Of a stretch of DNA of 64,000 bases, positions 56,876 to 64,000 are shown one piece after another. Position 1 is the stretch's first letter, and the number at the start of each line of letters is the position of its first letter. The DNA is taken from assembly GCA_963761255.1 (NCBI GenBank), contig CAVXGH010000004.1, forward strand, positions 507,204-571,203. The letters are read 5' to 3'. Under the pieces are notes generated by a model. It was not told the origin of the DNA and did no database searches. It saw only the letters and a list, made by a program, of their open reading frames with translations. A program made the translations under genes and the position numbers. The stretch is from an uncultured delta proteobacterium. GTDB taxonomy: Bacteria; Desulfobacterota; Binatia; Binatales; Binataceae.

Positions 56876-58234
56876 GTGAATCGGCCAGCAAGAAACCCTA
56901 ACCCGGCCCCCCGCAATCCGAGCCGAACCAATGACCGGCAACGCCGCGAGGCGGAGAGGTTCGAATCTCTGGTGGGGGAACTCTCTGCCGCGATGGCACA
57001 AACGCTGGCGGAAGCGGTCGATAATGAAATAGATACGTGGCTGAGCAGGATTTGCCTCGCTCTGGATCTCGACCGCAGCGCAGTCTATGAGCGCGACGCA
57101 CCTGGCTCGCAGGTGCGCACCTCGCATACCTGGTTGCGGGAGAATGTTCCGCCGTTCCCAAAGAAATACGATCCGGAAAAGTTGCTTCGGGAAACAACTC
57201 AGTGGGTCCTGGCGGGCAATCGGGTGGTGTTCTCTCATCCGGACGAGATCCCTGTCGATCTGGCGGATTTCAAGAAATTCGTGCGTCGATACGGCCCCAA
57301 GGCATCCGCGGTGTTCCCGATGTGGGCTGGCGGTCGAGTTATCGGAGGCGCTAGTTTCGGAAGGTTTCGCTCTCCACGTAGCTGGAGTCCCCAGCTCGTG
57401 GAGCAGCTCGCGCTGGTTGCGCGAATTTTCGGAGCCGCGATCGAAAGGAAGCAAGCGGAGGAGGCAGCCCGCCTGGTTCGCGAGGAGCTCGCGCTCGCAC
57501 AGCGCCGGAGCATGATGGGTGAACTGGTCGCGTCGTTGACTCATGAACTCAATCAGCCCCTTGGAGCAGTCCTCAGTAATCTGGGTGGGCTGGCACGCTT
57601 GGTCTCGCAAGGAAATCCGGATCCCGCGCTAGCCACGAGAGCGGTTAACAATGCGATTGAAGATGCCAAGCGAGCGGGTGAGATCGTCCGGCGGGTCCGG
57701 GCTTTGTTCAAGGGCAATGGCGCAAAAAAAACCTCGATCGATATCGGCGCGCTGGTTAGTGAGGTCGTTGCGCTGCTCGCTAGCGAGGCCGCACTGCGCA
57801 AGATACGCATCGAAATCCCGGCGCGCCAATCGTCCCTCACCGTGTATGGAGATCGGATTTTGCTCCAGCAATGCGTTCTGAACCTGCTGATGAACGCATT
57901 CGATGCCACCGCGAAGGTCGAAACTGCCAACCGCAAGGTGACTATCGAGATAGCGCCGGAGAAGCCGGGATGGATCGACGTCGCAGTGATTGACCGCGGG
58001 CCGGGTATCGATCCATCGGTAAAGGAACGCCTTTTCGAACCGTTTGTCACCACCAAATCCCACGGAATGGGCTTGGGGCTGCTGGTCACGCGTTCGATAA
58101 TCGAAGATCATGGGGGAAGGATCGCGGTGAAGGCGAGCGCGCAGGGTGGAACTGCGTTTACCCTCACGCTTCCGACTGTGGGCCGGAAACTTCCCCGCGC
58201 CTCGCGAGGCGCATCGAGAGCTCTGCAGCGCTGA
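56876..58234 (+). CDS. GAF-domain sensor histidine kinase
   Basis: H-box SLTHELNQPL, N-box LLMNAFDA, G-boxes DRGPGI and GMGLGL. The N-terminal roughly 190 aa are GAF-like. Confidence 0.85.
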   Translation: MNRPARNPNPAPRNPSRTNDRQRREAERFESLVGELSAAMAQTLAEAVDNEIDTWLSRICLALDLDRSAVYERDAPGSQVRTSHTWLRENVPPFPKKYDPEKLLRETTQWVLAGNRVVFSHPDEIPVDLADFKKFVRRYGPKASAVFPMWAGGRVIGGASFGRFRSPRSWSPQLVEQLALVARIFGAAIERKQAEEAARLVREELALAQRRSMMGELVASLTHELNQPLGAVLSNLGGLARLVSQGNPDPALATRAVNNAIEDAKRAGEIVRRVRALFKGNGAKKTSIDIGALVSEVVALLASEAALRKIRIEIPARQSSLTVYGDRILLQQCVLNLLMNAFDATAKVETANRKVTIEIAPEKPGWIDVAVIDRGPGIDPSVKERLFEPFVTTKSHGMGLGLLVTRSIIEDHGGRIAVKASAQGGTAFTLTLPTVGRKLPRASRGASRALQR

Positions 58235-58423
58235 CTAACGAACAACGGGCGTATTCATTGCCTCGCCGGCGCGAGCAAGCCTCAGCAGCAGATGACTCAA
58301 AAGCCGATTCTGTCGAGGCGATCGCCTCTCTCGGAAGGAGAGCTCGCGCCATCCGATGGCGCGGATGAGGGTCCTTTCGAAACTACGATTCTTCTATCTG
58401 GCCCATGCCTTCTTCTCGCGCTT

Positions 58424-58575
58424 GTCATCCTCAGCAAGGCCGCCGAGTCGCCAAGCTCGCGTGTCGCGAGCGTCTCCAGAAAGGATCTACGCGCAGCGAT
58501 TCGACCGCGAGGCGCGTCCGAGCGGTCGCTCTGAATCCGGCGAAGGGCCTACGCGCGGCGATTCTCTTGAGCCCT
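58424..58575. repeat. REP/MITE-like GC-rich palindromic element (degenerate)
   Basis: GTCATCCTCAGCAAGG...GAAAGGATCTACGCGC...GCTCTGAATCCGG...GGCGATTCTCTTGAGC. It shares the GTCAT(C/T)C / GA(A/T)TGAC-type arms with the elements at 61754-61936. Confidence 0.3.
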
Positions 58576-58616
58576 CCACTCGGCGTATAATCGATCCTGC
58601 ATAAGGGATTAATTAT

Positions 58617-59198
58617 ATGAAAGAATTCACCCCCACCGAGGCCGCAGCAATCATCGATCTGCCGGTGCGTTTCGTTCAGAAGGCAATCGATGAAGGCCCT
58701 CTTGGCGCGGCGCGAAACCGTAAAGGTCGCGCTTTGGATCTCGAAGATCTCGTCTTCCTCTATCTGATTGGCCGGCTAGATTCAGGATTCGTCAGGCTGA
58801 CCTCCGCGGCAAAGCGACAGCTCCGAAAGAAGCTCGGCGAGTCGCTTCGCGCGAGTACTGCTCTCGACATTGGCGGATGCGTCTTCCAGGTTAAGTCCGC
58901 GTTCCGCACGATCCGGACGCGGCTCGCGAAACTTCAGACAGCCAAGCGCAAGGTGGTTTCAGATCCAGAAATCCGCGGCGGCCTGCCAGTCATCAAAGGC
59001 ACCAGGATCGGCGTCTACGAAATCGCCGCGATGCTTGAACAGGAGCCAAATGAGGCCGAATTCCTCGAGGAGTATCCCTCTCTCCAAGCACAGGACCTCG
59101 AAATCGCGAAGATCTACTCCGCCGCATATCCGCGTCGCGGCCGCCCTCCGCGTCATCCGTGGCACATCGCGCAGAGGCCGCGCGAAGTTGCGGCGTGA
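58617..59198 (+). CDS. DUF433 domain protein with N-terminal HTH (antitoxin-like)
   Basis: The C-terminal VSDPEIRGGLPVIKGTRIGVYEIAAML...EYPSLQAQDLEIA is the DUF433 signature. Confidence 0.75.
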   Translation: MKEFTPTEAAAIIDLPVRFVQKAIDEGPLGAARNRKGRALDLEDLVFLYLIGRLDSGFVRLTSAAKRQLRKKLGESLRASTALDIGGCVFQVKSAFRTIRTRLAKLQTAKRKVVSDPEIRGGLPVIKGTRIGVYEIAAMLEQEPNEAEFLEEYPSLQAQDLEIAKIYSAAYPRRGRPPRHPWHIAQRPREVAA

Positions 59199-59299
59199 AA
59201 TTTCTCATCGATGAGTGTTGCGCCAAAAGCCTGGTGCGGATTGCACAGTCGCACACGAACTTCAGCGCAGCTCTTCTCACATTTGAGTCTCGTTGTTAA
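59195..59299 (+). pseudogene. truncated DUF5615 (Mut7-C/PIN-like toxin-like) gene
   Basis: GTGA overlap with the DUF433 stop. VKFLIDECCAKSLVRIAQ matches the MKFLIDE.. N-terminus of DUF5615 partners, but the ORF ends after 34 codons where the AT-richer insert begins. Confidence 0.45.
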
Positions 59300-59339
59300 T
59301 AATTATTGCCAGGTCAAAACAAAAGGGCATCTCCGCAAA

Positions 59340-60329
59340 ATGGCTGTAGAAATAGCACCACGCAACCCGACCCGTCACCGCTACTCGGTGAGCCTCATAC
59401 AGCAAAACCGGTTTCAATTTTATAGTCTAACAATGCCGACCGACGTGCTGGCGCGAACGGCGTTCGTTACGACCCGTGACGAAGATCCCCAGAAGGGATT
59501 TCAACGAATTCTTGACAAGAAGCGAGCGCAAGAGATCGCAGATTATATTGACAACTCGAAGAACAGTATTCCGAGCGCGATAGTGCTTTCGGCGCAAGCC
59601 GATGCTGAGCTCAGATATGATCGAAAAAACAAGACCATCGATTTTCTGGATACCCCACGCGCGTTTCTGATACTCGATGGTCAACATCGCGTGTACGGAT
59701 TCTCTCTCGCGAAGACGGTACTGCGAGTTCCGGTCGTTATCTACAACAATCTGGATAGGACAGAAGAGTCGCGGTTATTCATTGACATTAATACTAAGCA
59801 ACGGCCGGTGCCGAATGAACTTCTCCTTGACATAAAGAGCCTAGCGGAATACGAAAACGACGCCGAGCAGCTTCTTCGTGACACTTTTGACAGATTTTCT
59901 GCTGATCCCAAGAGCCCACTGTTGGGATTGCTTAGTCCCGCGTCAAAAGTACCCGGAAAGCTCACGCGCGTATCGTTCAATGCCGCCTTCAAGCCTCTCA
60001 TTCCTACATTCGGCGAGGCCGATACAGAAATGATATTTCTAACCACTCGGAACTATCTAGAGGCGTTCGCAGTCGGTCTGGAATCCATGGCGGCCCGCAA
60101 AAGCTTGGTAAATCCAATCACTTTTCGCGCGATAATGTCCCTCTTCCCTGAAGTCGCGCAGCGGGTCAAAGACCGATTCGCAGCGACTTATACAACGGAA
60201 AACTTTTCTGCTGTCCTAGCCCCAATTTTTGGCAAGGTTAAGGGATCGACGTTCTTGAAGCCTGGGTCCAGCGTTAGATCATTGCATGATGTTTTGTTCA
60301 ATCTCTTCACGAAGTCGTTCACTCTCTAG
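59340..60329 (+). CDS. DGQHR-domain protein (DndB/DpdB-like, ParB/Srx superfamily)
   Basis: Literal motif FLILDGQHRVYGF (DGQHR at nt 59676-59690) plus RLFIDINTKQRPVPNELLLDI. 329 aa from the ATG at 59340; the upstream part of the tracked ORF crosses the truncated gene. Confidence 0.8.
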   Translation: MAVEIAPRNPTRHRYSVSLIQQNRFQFYSLTMPTDVLARTAFVTTRDEDPQKGFQRILDKKRAQEIADYIDNSKNSIPSAIVLSAQADAELRYDRKNKTIDFLDTPRAFLILDGQHRVYGFSLAKTVLRVPVVIYNNLDRTEESRLFIDINTKQRPVPNELLLDIKSLAEYENDAEQLLRDTFDRFSADPKSPLLGLLSPASKVPGKLTRVSFNAAFKPLIPTFGEADTEMIFLTTRNYLEAFAVGLESMAARKSLVNPITFRAIMSLFPEVAQRVKDRFAATYTTENFSAVLAPIFGKVKGSTFLKPGSSVRSLHDVLFNLFTKSFTL

Positions 60330-60336
60330 AATCCCG

Positions 60337-61311
60337 ATGCCAGTCATCGCTGACGCGTTAAGACCGTTTTGGGCTGCAAATATAAACGCCGTGAATGGCC
60401 GACCAGAATTTGGTCTTCAGGATTGGTTCACTCTTCGCGAGTATCAAGTACTCCAACCGCTTCAGCCAAACAGCGCAACAATAGTAATTTCGGACGCAAC
60501 GAAATTCTTGCGCGCTCTGGCGTTCGACTACAATCGAATGTCGACAGCGGCATTCGAGACGATGTCGGTAATCACGCGCAGTCCCGTATTCCCGAACTCG
60601 ACTGCTTGGCTTCTAATTCAAACCTACTATGCGGCATTTTTCGCGGCGCAGGCGTTAATGAGGGTTCTAGGAGTCAGCTATACGCAGATAGATACTGTGA
60701 CCGCGAGAGACGTAGACCGCGTTTCGCAAATATACGGTATGAAGGGCGCCCACTCTTTTGCAGCTGGAAACTATCGATGTTCATACGTGCTGGGGCCCTA
60801 CGGGGATCAACTTGTCTGCGATTCTTCTCGAGGTCAAGGCTCTGGCGTACATGAGGCGATGTGGATTGGATTTCTAGCCGTTATCAAAAAGCTAAGCAGG
60901 GACATTCTCGCCTCGAATCAAAACCAGTATCAGGAAGTGTCCCTAAAACTCGACGAACTTGCCGCCGCACTGTCATCTGGAACTCGGCAGAATGGCGGGT
61001 GGCTCTCTTACATGCGAAACATGATCAACTACAGACATTCTTTTGGTTGCTGGCATCCGTACCGAGCATCTCGTCGGCAAGCCGACGCGTTATTTGCACG
61101 ACTGCGTGGAAATGCTTGGACGAGAGATCCAATGGACATTTCGTTAGGCCCTCCCAGGTTCGACTTCGAAGAGGTCGAGTTTTTTCAGCGCATTTGCCAA
61201 TTTCTAGTAGGAATGTGCAGAACGATTACCGAAGACCTGGAAAATCGCTGCCCGGCCGGGAAATCCTTTCTGAACGGCGGCGCAATGACGGTACTAAGCC
61301 GAGCCGCGTGA
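60337..61311 (+). CDS. hypothetical helical protein, possible HEPN-like effector
   Basis: The ATG lies 7 nt after the DGQHR stop; 324 aa. Helix AWLLIQTYYAAFFAAQALMRVLG, and later LSYMRNMINYRHSF (R-x6-H at nt 61015-61038). No family recognised by eye. Confidence 0.65.
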   Translation: MPVIADALRPFWAANINAVNGRPEFGLQDWFTLREYQVLQPLQPNSATIVISDATKFLRALAFDYNRMSTAAFETMSVITRSPVFPNSTAWLLIQTYYAAFFAAQALMRVLGVSYTQIDTVTARDVDRVSQIYGMKGAHSFAAGNYRCSYVLGPYGDQLVCDSSRGQGSGVHEAMWIGFLAVIKKLSRDILASNQNQYQEVSLKLDELAAALSSGTRQNGGWLSYMRNMINYRHSFGCWHPYRASRRQADALFARLRGNAWTRDPMDISLGPPRFDFEEVEFFQRICQFLVGMCRTITEDLENRCPAGKSFLNGGAMTVLSRAA

Positions 61312-61560
61312 CGGCCGGCGAAAACCTACCACAAACTCGCGATGCGTTCCCGTGGGGAAGCATCGCGAAAACGTTCTTCAGAAACAAATTGATTCAGGTC
61401 TGACGGTAAGTCACAATATTTGTACAGGGCAGCGCGCCCGAGTTATTCGAGGAGGTCATCGATAGCGGCATAGAAAGACACCCTCACTCTTGTCTCTCCC
61501 ACGTAAGACGCAGGAGAGATGATGAAGAAGCGGCGTTTTTCGTCCATAATTACCGAGAGT

Positions 61561-61722
61561 AGCGCCAGACTCGCGCATCGCGCGAGTTAACGAGGTGGAA
61601 GCTTATCGAAAGATTCGGCGGATGGCTTCCCGGTTCCACAATCGTCAGAGTCGGACAAACCGCGCGGGTGACCGCACGACAAATCCCGGCTCAAGTGGGT
61701 GAAGCGGAGTGGCTTCACATCA
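61561..61722 (+). ncRNA. glmS ribozyme: glmS ribozyme (GlcN6P-activated self-cleaving riboswitch)
   Basis: Near-consensus core read directly: A|GCGCCAGA, P1 hairpin CTCGCGC-atc-GCGCGAG, TTAACGAGG, TGGAAGC, TTATCGAAAGATTCGGCGGATG, GCTTCCCGGTT, GCGGGTGACCGC, ACGACAAA, GGGTGAAGCGGAGTGGCTTCAC. The predicted cleavage site lies between A61561 and G61562. Same strand as, and upstream of, glmS. Confidence 0.88.
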
Positions 61723-61753
61723 GGAATTTCTAAACTCTCCCCCACACATAATC

Positions 61754-61936
61754 GTCATTCGAACGTGCGAGGCTCCGGAACGTCGCTTCGCGGAGATTCT
61801 TCGCGCGCGGCGGCAGGGTCCGCTTAGAATGACAGGGTAGGAAATTTGGCGTCATCTCAAGCCGACGCGCAACCGTACCGCATCGGGGAACGTCCTTGAG
61901 TGCGGTGCATCGAGTGCGCGGGGCGCTCGGGATGAC
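61754..61936. repeat. two REP-like imperfect palindromic units in the glmS leader
   Basis: Unit 1 runs from GTCATTCgaacg (61754) to cttaGAATGAC (61833). Unit 2 runs from GTCATCTCAAGCCGACGCGC (61851) to GCGCGGGGCGCTCGGGATGAC (61936). Confidence 0.4.
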
Positions 61937-62014
61937 AAAGAAGAGAGCATCGGAGTGCGTGGAGCGCCCGCCACCGTCGGGCGCGGACGCCCTCCGGCTC
62001 TCACCCGGTCGTCA

Positions 62015-62134
62015 CAGTTGTCGCGAAATCCAGGAGCGACAACTGCGCCGCCCACCCTCTCTCGCATCGCGAGAGAGGGGATTACGAAAGACGGCCTCGA
62101 CCACCTTCTTCCCCTTCCACTTCAGGGGAAGGGG
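62015..62134 (+). promoter_or_regulatory. three consecutive strong stem-loops immediately upstream of the glmS start
   Basis: CAGTTGTCGC-11 nt-GCGACAACTG (62015-62045). CCCTCTCTCGC-atc-GCGAGAGAGGG (62055-62079). CCCCTTCC-8 nt-GGAAGGGG (62111-62134). An AGGAGA RBS lies at about 62150. Confidence 0.5.
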
Positions 62135-62162
62135 CCAGGGGTTAGGTCACAGGAGAATCTGT

Positions 62163-64000
62163 ATGTGCGGAATTGTTGGATACGTAGGAAAGCAGGATGC
62201 CTATCCAATCCTCATCGGAGGATTGCAGCGGCTGGAATATCGCGGCTATGACTCCGCCGGGATCGCGACTCTCGTCGCGAACGGCGCGATGCATATTCGG
62301 CGCGCCAAGGGCAAACTCGAAAACCTCCGCGCGATGGTCGGGCAGGCGCCGCTCGGAGGGCATATCGGAATCGGACATACGCGGTGGGCCACCCATGGCA
62401 AACCGTCCGAGGAAAACGCGCATCCGCATAAGGCCGGGCCCGTCGCCGTCATCCATAACGGGATCGTCGAGAACTTCGTCGCGCTGCGCGCCGCACTCGT
62501 CGCGCGCGGCCATAAGATGAAATCGGAGACCGATACCGAGCTGATTTCGCATCTTATCGAGGAGAATCTTGGATGCGGGACCTGCGGCGCTCCCGCCGGC
62601 GATGGCTCTACCAACCTCGGCTCCAAGGGACTGACCGAGGCGGTCCGCGCCGCGGTCGGTGAGCTGCGCGGCTCGTTTTCGATCGTCGTGATGTCGGAAA
62701 GCGAGCCCGACAAGCTGGTGGCGGCCAAGACCGCCACCCCGATGGTGCTCGGCTATGGCGAAGGCGAAAACTTTATCGCGTCGGACATCCCCGCACTGCT
62801 GGAGCATACGCGGATGACGCTGGTGCTGGAGGACGGGGAGCTGGCGGAAGTGACCGCCTCGGGCATCAAAGTGATGTTATTCGATGGAACCCCGGTTACG
62901 CGGGCGCCGCGGCGGGTCGAATGGAGCTCGGCGGTGGCTACTAAAGGTGGCTATAAGCATTATTTGCGCAAGGAAATCGCCGAGCAGCCTCAAGCATGGA
63001 TCGACACGATGGCGGGGCGCGCATCGGCTAATTCGGCCTCGGTAAGCTTTGAGACCGACCTGATGCCTCCCGCCGGCGCCGAATCGATCAAGCGTATCGT
63101 GATGCTGGGGGCCGGCGCGTCGTGGATAACGGCCAATATCGGCAAATTCATCATCGAGGAGATCGCGGGTGTGCCCGTCGAGGTCGATTACGCGGGCGAG
63201 TTTCGCTATCGGCGGCCGCCGGTCGGCGAGGGCACGGTGGTCATTGCGGTGTCGCAGTCAGGCGAGACGGCGGACACGCTGGCTGCGATGGAGGAAGCGG
63301 CCTCGCGCGGGGCACATCTTATCGCGCTGACGAACACCGTGGATTCGTCGATCGCGCGGAAGGCGAATGCGCAAATATACACGCGATGCGGGCCGGAGAT
63401 CAGCGTAACCACGACTAAATGCTTCATAACTCAGATAGAGGCGTATTACCTGTATGCGATACATCTTGGCGTAAAGCTGGGTAAGCTATCGGAAGCGCAG
63501 GTATCGGAGCTGCTGAAGGCGGCCTTCGCCATTCCTTCGCAGATCGAGGCGGTCATCAGCAGTGAGAAGCACATAGAAGCAGTTGCTCGCAAATATGCTT
63601 CGGCAACGGATTTTCTCTTCCTGGGGCGCGGGATCGACTACCCGGTCGCCTTCGAAGGAGCTCTCAAGCTCAAGGAGATTTCCTACATCCATGCCGAGGG
63701 GTATTCGGCCAGCGAGATGAAGCATGGCCCGATCGCGCTCATCGATGACAAGATGCCGGTCGTCGTTCTCATCCCCAATGATCATCTGTACGAAAAGTCG
63801 CTGTCCAATATGAAGGAAGTCGAGTCGCGCAACGGCCGGATTATCGCTGTCACGGATCGAAAGTCGCCGGAGCTCGAGCGCATCGCCGCCGATATCATCG
63901 AGGTCCCAACGACGTCGCCGCTGCTGATGCCCATCCTCATGACGGTGCCACTACAGTTGATGGCCTACCACATCGCGGTGGAGCGCGGCACCGACGTTGA
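62163..64000 (+). CDS. glmS: glutamine--fructose-6-phosphate aminotransferase (partial, runs off window end)
   Basis: MCGIVGYVGKQDAYPILIGGLQRLEYRGYDSAGIA N-terminus (Ntn Cys2). SIS domains (GACGTSWxx-like GAGASWITA, SQSGETADTL) and ...MAYHIAVERGTDVD near the C-terminus. About 10 codons are missing. It is not in the supplied ORF track because no stop lies in the window. Confidence 0.93.
   Translation, partial: MCGIVGYVGKQDAYPILIGGLQRLEYRGYDSAGIATLVANGAMHIRRAKGKLENLRAMVGQAPLGGHIGIGHTRWATHGKPSEENAHPHKAGPVAVIHNGIVENFVALRAALVARGHKMKSETDTELISHLIEENLGCGTCGAPAGDGSTNLGSKGLTEAVRAAVGELRGSFSIVVMSESEPDKLVAAKTATPMVLGYGEGENFIASDIPALLEHTRMTLVLEDGELAEVTASGIKVMLFDGTPVTRAPRRVEWSSAVATKGGYKHYLRKEIAEQPQAWIDTMAGRASANSASVSFETDLMPPAGAESIKRIVMLGAGASWITANIGKFIIEEIAGVPVEVDYAGEFRYRRPPVGEGTVVIAVSQSGETADTLAAMEEAASRGAHLIALTNTVDSSIARKANAQIYTRCGPEISVTTTKCFITQIEAYYLYAIHLGVKLGKLSEAQVSELLKAAFAIPSQIEAVISSEKHIEAVARKYASATDFLFLGRGIDYPVAFEGALKLKEISYIHAEGYSASEMKHGPIALIDDKMPVVVLIPNDHLYEKSLSNMKEVESRNGRIIAVTDRKSPELERIAADIIEVPTTSPLLMPILMTVPLQLMAYHIAVERGTDV

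Noticed and set aside
61444-61548. 34-codon minus-strand ORF (MDEKRRFFIISPASYVGETRVRVSFYAAIDDLLE) between the island and the ribozyme. Considered as a TA or antitoxin fragment, or as the missing part of the DUF5615 gene.
   Set aside because: It is too short, has no recognisable family motif and no convincing RBS. It is on the opposite strand from the truncated DUF5615 start.
1-64000. Whole-window scan for CRISPR arrays, rRNA, tRNA, retron or group II intron signatures and prophage blocks.
   Set aside because: No direct-repeat/spacer array, cloverleaf-like segment, reverse transcriptase, integrase or phage structural gene was seen. The only mobile element recognised is the IS630 copy.

Overview
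Dense, high-GC bacterial chromosome segment from a diderm organism, judged from the Pqi/MCE, FadL-type and OmpA-type envelope genes. No rRNA, tRNA or CRISPR array was seen.

Layout:
1. 0-9.6 kb, metabolic/redox block: CBS protein, ThiD-TenA fusion, frameshifted hemerythrin-like gene, ferredoxin, molybdopterin oxidoreductase with a nitrate-reductase-associated protein, two SDRs, enoyl-CoA hydratase, DsbA-like isomerase.
2. 9.7-12 kb, decay zone: frameshifted ABM monooxygenase gene, intact IS630-family element with terminal inverted repeats and TA duplication, and an NCS2 purine permease remnant with a large internal deletion.
3. 12-40 kb, atypical envelope-glycan locus: rmlB-rmlC-GT2 operon, a methyltransferase with a tetrapeptide-repeat coiled coil, two GT4 genes and four large GT-C-like polytopic proteins. 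It also holds three tandem genes sharing an unrecognised TM-domain-TM module (four copies, two genes fused to LtaS-type phosphotransferase domains) and a 1195-aa sulfotransferase-GT4-RgpF fusion.
4. 41-55 kb: two arylsulfatases, a channel protein with a GAGD filter, a split-pqiA pqiABC operon, OmpA/FadL/beta-barrel genes and a TylF-type methyltransferase.
5. 55-58 kb: lipoproteins and a response regulator/histidine kinase pair.
6. 58.6-61.3 kb: a DUF433 gene whose DUF5615 partner is truncated by an AT-richer two-gene insertion. The insertion carries a DGQHR (DndB-like) protein and an unrecognised HEPN-like protein. This is my best candidate for an undescribed defence-type module.
7. 61.56 kb: a clear glmS ribozyme, separated by about 440 nt of palindromic repeats and hairpins from glmS. 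glmS runs off the window end and is missing from the supplied ORF track.

All functional calls come from reading the translated motifs by eye. No database search was run.
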